DNA of 64,000 nt from an uncultured Pseudomonadales bacterium (lineage in GTDB: Bacteria > Patescibacteriota > Microgenomatia > UBA1400 > PJMF01): NCBI GenBank assembly GCA_964511345.1, contig CAZEEV010000001.1, positions 150,621 to 214,620 on the forward strand. The letters run 5' to 3'. Shown here piece by piece: positions 20,508-30,343 of the stretch. The position numbers were made by a program, and so were the translations under genes. The notes below the pieces were generated by a model that saw only the letters and a list, made by a program, of their open reading frames with translations, did no database searches and was not told the origin of the DNA. The first letter of the stretch is position 1. The number at the start of each line of letters is the position of its first letter.

Positions 20508-20954
20508 ATGTTAGAAGTTGTTGCAACTGAAACAAGCATTTCCTGGTTCGAGAGAACCTGGAAAAAAGTTCCAGAGGGGATCGAAAGAAACCTGTCTGGG
20601 TCTACTTATGTAGACAAGCAAGAATTCTTTACTGGTCAACTTTATGACTGGTTAAGACAAAGTAAAGAGGTCGAAACCGTTGTCATAGGCGACGACCTTG
20701 CAATGCAATTATTTTTTGATGAAAAAACGAACTTATCCAAATTACTATTCTGGGATAAATTCACTATTGGCGAACACCCCACTCAAAAAGAGTGGGAGTG
20801 GGCTGTCAAAGGAGCCGAAGTAGTAGAGGCAATTATCGTTGAAAACCTTGAGGTTTTTGACATAATTGTTCCGGTTTTAGTGATCGTTAATTCCTGGATG
20901 GCCCCAGGACTAAGCGGTCTCGGGGGAAAAGTTCCAATACTTAAAATGGGATAG
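20508..20954 (+). CDS. hypothetical small protein (148 aa), no recognisable domain
   Basis: GGAGG RBS 7 nt upstream and its own terminator downstream. Trp-rich. Confidence 0.4.
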   Translation: MLEVVATETSISWFERTWKKVPEGIERNLSGSTYVDKQEFFTGQLYDWLRQSKEVETVVIGDDLAMQLFFDEKTNLSKLLFWDKFTIGEHPTQKEWEWAVKGAEVVEAIIVENLEVFDIIVPVLVIVNSWMAPGLSGLGGKVPILKMG

Positions 20955-20970
20955 ATAAGCAACAAGGATC

Positions 20971-21002
20971 AGCGCCTTCGGTAACAACCGATGGCGCTTT
21001 TT
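20971..21002 (+). terminator. rho-independent terminator
   Basis: GCGCCTTCGG / CCGATGGCGC stem with one mismatch, loop TAACAA, then TTTTT. Confidence 0.5.
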
Positions 21003-21005
21003 CGT

Positions 21006-22127
21006 TTATAAAGCAGAATTAATTTTTTTAAACAACTTCAAGGCCTCCGCCACAGCCTGATCCATATTTAGATAGCGATAGGTGCCCAAACGGCCAACGA
21101 AGTGAATACCAGAGGCTTCTAATTTCTTAGCCTCGCGTAGATATTTCCTCAACAACAAATGGTTGCGAGTTCTAGGTACTGGATAATAAGGCTCGCCATC
21201 CCAAGTGGGATATTCTTTAGAAATGATGGTTTTATTGATAGATTTTTTGGGTGGATAAAAATATTTGTATTCAATGATGCGAGTGAAAGGGTAGTCTAGA
21301 GAAGGGTAATTGACAGCAGAATTACTTTGGTAAAATTCCTGGTCATGTTCTTCAAAGTGAAAATCTAGAGAGCGATATTCTAAATGGCCGAAGGCGTAAT
21401 CAAAGTATTGATCGATAGCGCCGGTATAAAAAACCTGATCAAACTGACTAAGATCATTTTGCTCGCGAAAAACAAAGAAGTCGGTCTTAAGTCGTAACTC
21501 AATATTTGGATGCGATAACATTTTAGAAACTAGCCCTGCGAAGCCACTAACTGGCAAAGCCTGATAGCGATCAGTGAAATAGCGATTATCAGTATCAAAA
21601 CGCAAAGGATTGCGCTTAATTACCGCCGCATCGAGCTCACTAGGATCAAGCGCCCATTGTTTGAGACTGTAATTTTGAAAAATAGCCTCATAAAGTTCTT
21701 GGCCCACTTGAGATAAAACGTAATCTTCGCTATTAGCTACGTCTTTGAGTTTTTTAGTTTTCTTAGCCAAAAAAGCCCGCATTTCCTCTGCATTTTTGAG
21801 CTTCTGATGAAAAAATTGATTAACAGTATTTAAATTGATCGGTAAATTAAGCAATTGGTTTTTAACTTTGACTAGAACTTGATGTTCATAGTCCTGCCAT
21901 TTTGCAAAGCTTCTCAAATAATTCCAAACTTCTTGACTGTTAGTATGAAATAAATGAGCACCATAATTGGAGACCCGAATGCCAGTATCTAGATCCAAAT
22001 GATCATAACAATTACCCGCTAAATGAGTCCTTTTATCAATGACTAAGACAGAATCACCGAGATTCGCAAAACGCTCCGCCAAAGTCGCTCCAGACAAACC
22101 AGCACCGATGATTAGAATGCGAGACAT
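21006..22127 (-). CDS. glf: UDP-galactopyranose mutase
   Basis: 373 aa. 'ILIIGAGLSGATLAERF' FAD-binding motif and the full-length Glf pattern ('HLAGNCYD', C-terminal 'RLGTYRYLNMD'). Confidence 0.9.
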   Translation of the reverse strand: MSRILIIGAGLSGATLAERFANLGDSVLVIDKRTHLAGNCYDHLDLDTGIRVSNYGAHLFHTNSQEVWNYLRSFAKWQDYEHQVLVKVKNQLLNLPINLNTVNQFFHQKLKNAEEMRAFLAKKTKKLKDVANSEDYVLSQVGQELYEAIFQNYSLKQWALDPSELDAAVIKRNPLRFDTDNRYFTDRYQALPVSGFAGLVSKMLSHPNIELRLKTDFFVFREQNDLSQFDQVFYTGAIDQYFDYAFGHLEYRSLDFHFEEHDQEFYQSNSAVNYPSLDYPFTRIIEYKYFYPPKKSINKTIISKEYPTWDGEPYYPVPRTRNHLLLRKYLREAKKLEASGIHFVGRLGTYRYLNMDQAVAEALKLFKKINSAL

Positions 22128-22233
22128 AATTACTATTTTACCTTATTTAAAAATACCAAAATAAAACCCAAAAGACAACTGAAACAAGTCTTATGACACT
22201 TTTTGCAACCTTAATACTACATAATATTCATTA

Positions 22234-22830
22234 ATGAGCGAAATAAAAAAGAAAAAAAGAGTAGGTGTGTATATTGATGGCTCAAATCTCTACTATGGTG
22301 GGCTTAAAGCAGGATGGCAATTAAATTATGCCAAAGTGAAGGTTTTTATTGAGCGAAAATATGAAATTGCGGTGATTAATTATTACAATTCAATTGGCTA
22401 TGAGAGAGGTAAGGATGGAAAATATATTAAGGATCAAAAAGGAGAATATATTTTTAATCAAGCTATACTAAGATTTGAAAACTATTTAAGAAAATTAAAA
22501 ATAAAAGTAATCTCTAAACCCTTAAAATTCATCAAGAGCAATGAATCAATCGCCACTAATAAATTAGATGGTGATATTATGATTGAGGCGTTATTGGATC
22601 ACAGAAAGTGGGATGAATTAATATTAATGAGTGGTGATTCTGATTTTGAGAGATTAGTAAAAGAAATTGCTTCACTAAAAAAGACGGTTCATATTTTTAG
22701 TTTTGGATCAAGAATTTCGCATGAGTTAAAAATGCTCTCTGTAGAATCTAATTTTGTTACTTTTACCAAGTTAGATAGTTTAAAACTAGTTTTAAAGCAT
22801 GAAATAAATTTGACAAAATACTCTAAATAA
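22234..22830 (+). CDS. NYN-domain (LabA/DUF88-like PIN-fold) protein
   Basis: 'RVGVYIDGSNLYYGG' and 'LMSGDSDFERLV' are characteristic of the NYN domain. Paralogous to 37247..37816. Confidence 0.75.
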   Translation: MSEIKKKKRVGVYIDGSNLYYGGLKAGWQLNYAKVKVFIERKYEIAVINYYNSIGYERGKDGKYIKDQKGEYIFNQAILRFENYLRKLKIKVISKPLKFIKSNESIATNKLDGDIMIEALLDHRKWDELILMSGDSDFERLVKEIASLKKTVHIFSFGSRISHELKMLSVESNFVTFTKLDSLKLVLKHEINLTKYSK

Positions 22831-22853
22831 GCTAACATTGAACTATATTTCCT

Positions 22854-22884
22854 CACCCGCCTAAATGGCGGGGTCTTTGTTTTA
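22854..22884 (+). terminator. rho-independent terminator (CACCCGCC-TAAAT-GGCGGGG-UCUUUGUUUU)
   Basis: GC-rich 6-7 bp stem plus T-run. Nearly identical to the terminator after the second NYN gene. Confidence 0.6.
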
Positions 22885-22920
22885 TAGATCAAAAAACTCC
22901 ATTTCCAAAATTAAGAGCAG

Positions 22921-23739
22921 ATGTTATACAATGAAGCAATGTTAGCCATTTTTAAAGAGATTCGTGATGTTATTAAGTGGCGTGAGTTGCTTGGACAAAT
23001 GGTTAGCCGTGAAGTTAAAGCACGTTATAAACAATCGATCTTAGGCTATTTCTGGATTATCTTAAATCCTCTGGCTCAAATGTTAGTGATGAGTTTTGCC
23101 TTTTCGATTATTATGCGCATCCCGACCAATGCGACGGATAACATTCCTTACTCGGTATTTCTTTTTGTAGCTTTGTTACCTTGGAATCTCTTTTCCAACT
23201 CACTAAGTTCTGCTTGTGGATCTTTAGTTGGTTCGGCTTCATTGATCACTAAAGTCTATTTCCCACGCACTATTTTGGTTTTATCGACTGTAATGGCTAA
23301 AATTATTGATTTTGCCTTGGCTCTGACCGTGCTAGTCGTTTATATGATTGCTTATCAGCTACCAATTAACCTCAATATTTTATGGGTAATTCCGATATTT
23401 TTGATTCAACAAATTTTTACCATGGGCTTGTCGTTATTTTTTGCAGCGGCTAATTTGCTTTATCGCGACATTCAATATTTATTATCTTTACTTTTACTTC
23501 TATGGATGTACCTAACACCAGTGATTTATCCAGCTGATTTGGTACCAGAACGCTATCAGTTTGTTTTTCAACTTAACCCAATGTCCGTCATTGTTAATGC
23601 CTATCGCCAAACCATTTTAGGTGGGGGCATGCCGAACCTAATCAGCATTAGTATTGCTTTAGTAGTTTCAATCTTAGTTTTATTAGTTGGTTTTTCTTAC
23701 TTTAAATCTAGAGAAAAAATCTTTTCGGATAATATTTAA
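22921..23739 (+). CDS. ABC-2 type polysaccharide/teichoic-acid export permease (Wzm/TagG-like)
   Basis: 272 aa, 6 TM helices. 'VKARYKQSILGYFWIILNPL' ABC-2 signature. Confidence 0.8.
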   Translation: MLYNEAMLAIFKEIRDVIKWRELLGQMVSREVKARYKQSILGYFWIILNPLAQMLVMSFAFSIIMRIPTNATDNIPYSVFLFVALLPWNLFSNSLSSACGSLVGSASLITKVYFPRTILVLSTVMAKIIDFALALTVLVVYMIAYQLPINLNILWVIPIFLIQQIFTMGLSLFFAAANLLYRDIQYLLSLLLLLWMYLTPVIYPADLVPERYQFVFQLNPMSVIVNAYRQTILGGGMPNLISISIALVVSILVLLVGFSYFKSREKIFSDNI

Positions 23740-23740
23740 T

Positions 23741-24478
23741 ATGTCAGATACTGTTATTAAATTCCAAAATGTCACTAAGAAATTTGCTTTTCAAAGTCAA
23801 AAGACTTTCAAAGAATTTTTGCCAGCTTTAATTAGAGGTGAAGAAACTAGTAAAGGTTTTACTGCGCTTGATAATATTAGTTTTGAAATTGAAAAAGGTG
23901 AGAGCATTGGCATTATTGGGCCAAATGGTTCTGGAAAATCTACCATTCTTAAATTAATCGCTGGAGTGATGTCGCCAACGATGGGTAAAGTTGAGGTTGA
24001 AGGGCAAATTTCACCTTTAATTGAACTAGGCGCTGGTATGCACCCAGAATTGACTGGTATGGAGAATATTTACCTAAATGGTGCCATTCTGGGTCTTAAA
24101 AAGAAACAAATTGATGCTAATCTGCAAAGTATCATCGATTTCTCAGAAATAGAGGAGTTTATTAATCAACCAGTTAAACACTATTCATCTGGGATGTATA
24201 TGCGCTTGGCTTTTGCGATTGCTGTCCACGTTAATCCAGAAATTTTAATCGTCGACGAAATATTGGCAGTGGGCGACGATGCTTTCCAAAAAAAATGTTT
24301 TAGAAAAATGGAAGAATTCAAACAAAATGGAGTAACCATTATCTTTGTGTCGCATTCATTAGGACAAGTGAGAGAATTCTGTAATAAAGCAATTTATATT
24401 AATCACAGTAAGCTTATTGCCCAGGGCAATGTAGATGAGGTGTGCGATAAATATCAAGCCGATGCAGTAAATAAATAA
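23741..24478 (+). CDS. ABC transporter ATP-binding protein (Wzt/TagH-like)
   Basis: ATG at 23741. Walker A 'GPNGSGKST', signature 'YSSGMYMRLAFA', Walker B 'ILIVDE'. Confidence 0.85.
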   Translation: MSDTVIKFQNVTKKFAFQSQKTFKEFLPALIRGEETSKGFTALDNISFEIEKGESIGIIGPNGSGKSTILKLIAGVMSPTMGKVEVEGQISPLIELGAGMHPELTGMENIYLNGAILGLKKKQIDANLQSIIDFSEIEEFINQPVKHYSSGMYMRLAFAIAVHVNPEILIVDEILAVGDDAFQKKCFRKMEEFKQNGVTIIFVSHSLGQVREFCNKAIYINHSKLIAQGNVDEVCDKYQADAVNK

Positions 24479-24480
24479 CT

Positions 24481-25635
24481 TTATTCTTTAGAGAAAATTT
24501 CGTCCCAAGTAAATTTGGTTAATTGATTTCTTAAGTCTTTTTGGCTAACTTCTACAAATTCCAGATTATTAACTAATTTAATAATTTGCTGTACCCAGGC
24601 TTGCGAATCATCTGATTTAGAAATAATAGATAATAATTTCGAGTTAATTTCTATTCCCTCAGTTCCGACCTCCGTAGTAACAACTGGTTTACCATAAGAC
24701 AGACTTTCTAAAACTTTCAAACGAGTTCCGGAACCAGCAAAAATTGGGGCTACTAATATGTCAATTTGTTTATAGAAACTTTGCAAATCAGCGACATAAT
24801 CAAGAAACTTAACGCCTGGTAGATTTGGGTAAAAATCCTGATTGCCTTTGCCCAGAACAATCACTTCACATTCAGCCTGAACTTGTTTTAAGGCTGGTAA
24901 GATTTTTAAAAGCAAATAATCAAGAGCTTGGCGATTGGGAGTGTGATCAACTGAACCAACAAAACCAATCGCTATTTTTTTCTCAGTTCGAGGGGCTAAA
25001 AAATTAATTTTTTCTATACCATTGGGACTAACTTGAACTTTATCTAGAGCAAAAAGTTTTTTAACAAAGAAAGCATCTTTTTGAGACATAACCACGATCT
25101 TTGAAAAAAATCTCAATAAACTTCTTTCATATAAATAAACTTGCAGACAGCTCAATAGTCTAATAAGGATTTTAAGTGGATTTTTAGAAGCAAAGGCTCT
25201 TCTGTAAAAAGAAATTGTAGAAATATCTAAAGCTACAAATTTACTAAATTGATTTTTTAATAAATACTTAGCTAAATAAAGAATTTGCGTTGATTCAATT
25301 CTGATTTGAGCAAAACTAGTTTTAGCCTGTAGATCTTTAAAATCATCAATTAATTCTTGAGAAAAATAGTTTGAAAAATGATAGGGAAGAGCAAGTTTCA
25401 AACTGAGCAGAATAGACTTTTTTGTCAAAGAAAAGGACTTAAAAAAAACCGTGTATTGATTCAGAAAAGATTTTTCCTCCGCTGTTAATAGTTGGTCACT
25501 AGAAAGAAAAAAGTAAAAGTGAATTTCATACTTTTTACTTAAATGGATTAAAGTTTGTTTGATTCTCGTCGCTCCACCGCTAGTTTGCGGAAAAGGGGAA
25601 ATGCCAGAGATTAATAATAACTTTGGTTTTGACAT
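24481..25635 (-). CDS. GT4 (GT-B fold) glycosyltransferase
   Basis: C-terminal 'GSGTRLKVLESLSYGKPVVTT' E-x7-E-like motif. Confidence 0.7.
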   Translation of the reverse strand: MSKPKLLLISGISPFPQTSGGATRIKQTLIHLSKKYEIHFYFFLSSDQLLTAEEKSFLNQYTVFFKSFSLTKKSILLSLKLALPYHFSNYFSQELIDDFKDLQAKTSFAQIRIESTQILYLAKYLLKNQFSKFVALDISTISFYRRAFASKNPLKILIRLLSCLQVYLYERSLLRFFSKIVVMSQKDAFFVKKLFALDKVQVSPNGIEKINFLAPRTEKKIAIGFVGSVDHTPNRQALDYLLLKILPALKQVQAECEVIVLGKGNQDFYPNLPGVKFLDYVADLQSFYKQIDILVAPIFAGSGTRLKVLESLSYGKPVVTTEVGTEGIEINSKLLSIISKSDDSQAWVQQIIKLVNNLEFVEVSQKDLRNQLTKFTWDEIFSKE

Positions 25636-26393
25636 TAATATCTTTCTATCAGTCCCAAGTTAATAAAAATTTTGCCCAGTAAACTTTGTCTAAAGTTAAA
25701 TTGTTTTTGTAGCTGCTCAAGTTCTTGAGTAGAGAAAAGCTCTCGCAAAACTTGCTCTCGTTCCTGATTTAGTAAGGCTAAATTGGTAGAACTAATGCCG
25801 CTTTGATCAAAGTAAACAATGGAAGTGGCTGAATGCTGCCAAGTACATTTTTGACTTAAGAAAAGCTTCAAATTAAAAGCTAAGTCAGCGACAATTTTTA
25901 AATCTTCACGATAAAGACCAAATTTTTGAAAAAGTTCTCGTTTAAAAAACATTGATTGATGACAAAGAGAATAGCGATAAAAAAAGAGCTTTGTTAACTG
26001 ATCTGGTTGAAAATATAGTTCAATTTGCTTAGTGTCCAAATTAAGTCGCTTGGCATCGGCATAAACGATGTCAGTATCAGGTTTAGTTATAAAAACACGA
26101 TTTAAAGCCTCTGAATCAAGAAAATAATCACCGCTATGTAAAAATAAAATGTATTCACCTTTAGCCTGTCTAATTCCTTGATTTAAGGCCTGATAAATAC
26201 CATTATCCTTTTGACTCTGCCAATAAGAAATTTTAGATTGATTATCTCTAATTAAATCCACACTCCCATCAGTAGAACCACCATCAATAACAATATATTC
26301 AAAATCAGTAAAAGTCTGAGAAAAAATACTAGCAAAGGTTTTTTGAAGACCTCGGAAATTGTTTAAATTAACGGTTATGATGCTTAGCTTCAT
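25635..26393 (-). CDS. GT2 family glycosyltransferase
   Basis: 'LSIITVNLNN...YIVIDGGSTDGS'. Confidence 0.75.
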   Translation of the reverse strand: MKLSIITVNLNNFRGLQKTFASIFSQTFTDFEYIVIDGGSTDGSVDLIRDNQSKISYWQSQKDNGIYQALNQGIRQAKGEYILFLHSGDYFLDSEALNRVFITKPDTDIVYADAKRLNLDTKQIELYFQPDQLTKLFFYRYSLCHQSMFFKRELFQKFGLYREDLKIVADLAFNLKLFLSQKCTWQHSATSIVYFDQSGISSTNLALLNQEREQVLRELFSTQELEQLQKQFNFRQSLLGKIFINLGLIERY

Positions 26394-26488
26394 AAATTAA
26401 CATTCAGCAATTGAGTTAATCAAGATATTGTGCTTAGATCATTATACTCATATTTCTAGAAAAAAAATTAAATAAACTCTAAATAACA

Positions 26489-26836
26489 ATGATTAAATAC
26501 ATCTTATTGATTTCATCAATGACTTTAGCAGTATTGGGACAAATCTTTTTTAAGAAAGGAATCACTAGCTCGGCATTGTCTCCAAATATACTCTCCATAT
26601 TACAAACAATCTTTACACCATATATATTTTTTGGTTTTTTTATTTATGGTTTATCATCAATAATCTGGTTGTTTGTATTACAAAGATTTCCTTTGTCAGT
26701 AGCTTATCCGAGTTTAGCTTTAACCTATATAATAGTAGCCGTATTAAGTACATTCATTTTTAAAGAAAGTTTGAATTTTGAAAAGATAATTGGAATATTA
26801 CTTATATTTATAGGAGTTTATTTTATCAATAAATGA
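26489..26836 (+). CDS. small 4-TM SMR/ArnE-ArnF-like (or GtrA-like) putative polyprenyl-phosphate-sugar flippase subunit
   Basis: 115 aa, four hydrophobic helices. 'LAVLGQIFFKKG' resembles EamA/ArnE. 4-nt coupling to the downstream GT2. Confidence 0.5.
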   Translation: MIKYILLISSMTLAVLGQIFFKKGITSSALSPNILSILQTIFTPYIFFGFFIYGLSSIIWLFVLQRFPLSVAYPSLALTYIIVAVLSTFIFKESLNFEKIIGILLIFIGVYFINK

Positions 26837-27552
26837 AAAACATAAATTACAACACATTATCAATCGTTGTACCTTGCTATAACGAAGTAAAAACTATTCA
26901 AACAATTATATCAAAGATATTAAAAGCGGATAGCTTAGGTCTAAAAAAAGAAATCATCATAGTAGATGATGGGAGTACTGACCAAACTAGAACAATTCTA
27001 AAAAAATACCAATCAAGGAAAAATTTTAAAATAATTTTTCAAAAACAAAATCAAGGCAAAGGCGCGGCTTTAAAAACAGGAATTACTAATTCAACTGGTG
27101 ACATTGTCTTAGTTCAAGATGCTGATTTGGAATATGATCCAGAAGAATATCCTATTTTGTTAGAACCAATTATTAATAATAAGGCAGACGTAGTTTATGG
27201 ATCTAGATTTTTAGGAGGTAGACCCCATCGAGTTTTATACTTTTGGCATTCCCTGATGAATCATTGGCTAACAACCTTTTCTAACATGCTTTCTGGTATT
27301 AATCTGACTGACATGGAAACTTGTTATAAAGTCATAAGAGGCGATTTAATTAGAAAATTAGCCTCAAAATTAGAATCTCAAAAATTTGGTTTTGAACCAG
27401 AAATCACAGCTAAGCTAGCAAAAATAAAAGACGTCAGATTTTATGAGGTCGGAATCTCTTATTACGGAAGAACATATAAGGAAGGTAAGCACATTAATTG
27501 GTTAGACGGCATTCGCGCTATTTGGGAAATTATCAAATATAATCTTTTTTAA
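26833..27552 (+). CDS. GT2 polyprenol-phosphate glycosyltransferase (ArnC/GtrB/DPM1-like)
   Basis: 'LSIVVPCYNE...IIVDDGSTDQT', 'NQGKGAAL' and 'VQDADLEYDP' are characteristic of DPM1-type synthases. Confidence 0.75.
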   Translation: MKNINYNTLSIVVPCYNEVKTIQTIISKILKADSLGLKKEIIIVDDGSTDQTRTILKKYQSRKNFKIIFQKQNQGKGAALKTGITNSTGDIVLVQDADLEYDPEEYPILLEPIINNKADVVYGSRFLGGRPHRVLYFWHSLMNHWLTTFSNMLSGINLTDMETCYKVIRGDLIRKLASKLESQKFGFEPEITAKLAKIKDVRFYEVGISYYGRTYKEGKHINWLDGIRAIWEIIKYNLF

Positions 27553-27560
27553 TAAACATT

Positions 27561-29378
27561 GTGCAATTTAAACATAAAATAAGCTTAGAGAAATTTCTAG
27601 ATTTATCCGTCAAAAGTTGGATTATCTATTTATTTTTTGTATTTTTGACTACTGAAATATTATCTTTATTTAATCTAATTGGCAGAACATCAATAATAAT
27701 TATTTATTCTATTATTGCTCTATTGATTTTCATTTTTTTACTTAAAAATAAAATAACAATTGATTTCAATTCCTTAAAAAAGATCAAGAAAAGCGAAAAA
27801 CTTATTCTTTTATTGGTTACTTTAACCATATTATTGCCAATTCTTTTTACAGCTCTCTACTATCCACCTAATAATTGGGATTCTATGACTTATCACATGG
27901 CGAGAATCATGCATTGGATTGATAATAAGAATGTCAATTTTTACTTTACTCATAATGATAGGCAATTATTTAATGGCCCACTGGCGGAATATGTGATTTT
28001 ACACTGGTATCTATTGGCAAATTCGGACATATTTTCTAATTTAGTGCAATACTTTTCTCTTATCATTACAACTTGCTCTTCATATTTGATTACCAAATTT
28101 TTATCTAAAGATAAAAAAACAAATTTGCTATCAATAGTTTTGGTGTTAACAACTCCCATGGCAATTATGCAGGCTAGTAGTACACAAAATGATCTAGTCG
28201 TGTCCTCAATCTTATTGGCAACGATTTATTTAGGATTTAAAAAAGCTTGGTGGCTTTTTGGTCTATCAATTGGTTTAGGAATGTTAACCAAAAACACCTA
28301 TGCCATTTTCGCTTTACCTTTTTGTTTTTATTTTGGTGTTAAGTGGCTTAAAGAATATAAACAGAAAGCTTTATTACTATTTTTATGGTTTTTATTATGC
28401 GTAATCTTTATTAACCTGATGCATTGGCATAGAAACTATCAAGAATTTGGTTCACCAGTTGGACCAAAGCACATGTCTGAAAAAATTTTAAATAACGATC
28501 ATGAAACAAAAATTATTACATCTAATGTTATTAGAAATATCGGTTTGCAACTTGGTTTGCCATATGGCAGATATAACTCATTTATTGATGAAGTTATTTA
28601 TGAATCGCATAAAAAATTAGGTTTAAGCATCAATGACCAAAAAAATTCTTGGTATTCCATGACTTATCAAACTAAATTTTCAATTCACGAAGATCTTGCG
28701 GGTAACTTTTTATTAACAATACTTTTAATATTTTCTTTTTTATTTATTTTCAGAGAAAAACAAAAAATGTATTACGGATTTGCCATAATTGGTGGATGGA
28801 TAACTTTTAACTATTTATTAAAATGGCAACCATGGGGAAGTAGGCTTTTACTCCCATGGCTCCTGGTTTCTATTCCACTTATTACGAGTGTTTTAAATAA
28901 ACTTGTAAAAAATAATAAAATAATATTCTTGCTTATTTCAATTTTGTTATTTTGTTCTTGGCCATTTGTAGCTGGAAGTAGCAAATATTTTGGCAGCCTA
29001 CCTACTTCAATTGAATCCAATAGACAAATTTTACCATTACCAGAATTTGGAAAAGAAAGTAGGTTTGAAAGATATTTTTATAGTAGAAAAGTTTTATTAC
29101 CAAATTTAGAATCTATTGAAAAAATTATTAAAAACAACAAAATCGAAGAAGTTGGACTAAATTTAGGGTATGATAGTACAGAATATCTCTGGTGGGTAAT
29201 CTTAAAAAAAATAGATAAAAATATAAATATAAAAATTGTGGAAGATAATTTTTTTGATAAAGCTGATGAACCAGCAATTATTTTTTATGATAAGGAACAG
29301 GCTAAAAAGGACAACAATATCAAATCGCATGATATAAGTCCAAGCGTCAAAATATATTTTAATAACGAAAACTTATAA
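27561..29378 (+). CDS. polytopic GT-C-like membrane glycosyltransferase (GtrC/ArnT functional analogue)
   Basis: 605 aa, about 12 TM helices. 'PPNNWDSMTYHMARIMHW' periplasmic loop after TM1. Confidence 0.5.
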   Translation: MQFKHKISLEKFLDLSVKSWIIYLFFVFLTTEILSLFNLIGRTSIIIIYSIIALLIFIFLLKNKITIDFNSLKKIKKSEKLILLLVTLTILLPILFTALYYPPNNWDSMTYHMARIMHWIDNKNVNFYFTHNDRQLFNGPLAEYVILHWYLLANSDIFSNLVQYFSLIITTCSSYLITKFLSKDKKTNLLSIVLVLTTPMAIMQASSTQNDLVVSSILLATIYLGFKKAWWLFGLSIGLGMLTKNTYAIFALPFCFYFGVKWLKEYKQKALLLFLWFLLCVIFINLMHWHRNYQEFGSPVGPKHMSEKILNNDHETKIITSNVIRNIGLQLGLPYGRYNSFIDEVIYESHKKLGLSINDQKNSWYSMTYQTKFSIHEDLAGNFLLTILLIFSFLFIFREKQKMYYGFAIIGGWITFNYLLKWQPWGSRLLLPWLLVSIPLITSVLNKLVKNNKIIFLLISILLFCSWPFVAGSSKYFGSLPTSIESNRQILPLPEFGKESRFERYFYSRKVLLPNLESIEKIIKNNKIEEVGLNLGYDSTEYLWWVILKKIDKNINIKIVEDNFFDKADEPAIIFYDKEQAKKDNNIKSHDISPSVKIYFNNENL

Positions 29379-30342
29379 TTTTAAATGCCTTACTGATCAT
29401 TTGAGAAATTTTCCAAGATTTAGAGTTTATAACTTCATCTAATTTTTGTTTATAAACAAAATCTTCTCTTTTGCAATTGTTAACATTTTTATTTCTAAGT
29501 TCTTCAATTTTCAGCATATATTCATCGTAATTGAAATACTGTTTTAGAGGTTTTAATTTGATTGCTAATTGAATTGGAATATCTAATATAGATCCAGAAT
29601 AAATATCTCCGCAAATCTTCTCAGACTGTTTCAGTGTAATTGGAAAAAGCTTCTTATAATTTTCGTAGTAAATATTAGAGACCTCTTTAAAAACTAATCC
29701 ACTCTTTGTTGCATATTCTGAAAACCCACCAAGTCTGTATGTTGCAAAAGAATTTTTGACGTAGACGCTGTCATAGTTCTTTAAACAAAGTCTTACTGTC
29801 ATATCATAGTCGCCAACACATTTATATTTTGTATTAAAACAATTTTCTTTAACAATTATTCTTTTGTTAAATAGCATTGTTTGGTGGTTAGGCATAATTG
29901 TAAAAAAAATATTTTTGATGTTTGGTTTTATCTCATCTTTCCTTTTGGTATTTTCGTTTAAATTAATTACGGGAGCATATGAAAAAGCAGCCTTACTTTT
30001 TTCTAAACATTTAACAGATTCATTTATTCCGTTTTTATCATGATAAAAATCATCAGAATTCAAAAAAGCTAAATATTTTCCTTTTGACAGTAAAATTCCT
30101 TTATTCATGGCGTCATAAACACCAGTGTCTGGTTCGGATACAAATTTAATCCAACCTTTTTTTTCGTATGTTTCTAATATTTCTCTAGTTCCATCTTGTG
30201 AATTGCCATCAATAACCAAATGTTCTATGTTTTTATAAGCTTGGTCATGAACTGATTGAAGACATTGTCTAAAAGTATTAATCCTATTATTTTTAACTAA
30301 ATTGAATGTTATAGTGATAATAGATACTAAAGGTTTTTGCAT
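29359..30342 (-). CDS. GT2 family glycosyltransferase
   Basis: 'VSIITITFN...LVIDGNSQDGT' and 'NSDDFY'. Confidence 0.7.
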   Translation of the reverse strand: MQKPLVSIITITFNLVKNNRINTFRQCLQSVHDQAYKNIEHLVIDGNSQDGTREILETYEKKGWIKFVSEPDTGVYDAMNKGILLSKGKYLAFLNSDDFYHDKNGINESVKCLEKSKAAFSYAPVINLNENTKRKDEIKPNIKNIFFTIMPNHQTMLFNKRIIVKENCFNTKYKCVGDYDMTVRLCLKNYDSVYVKNSFATYRLGGFSEYATKSGLVFKEVSNIYYENYKKLFPITLKQSEKICGDIYSGSILDIPIQLAIKLKPLKQYFNYDEYMLKIEELRNKNVNNCKREDFVYKQKLDEVINSKSWKISQMISKAFKIISFRY

Positions 30343-30343
30343 T

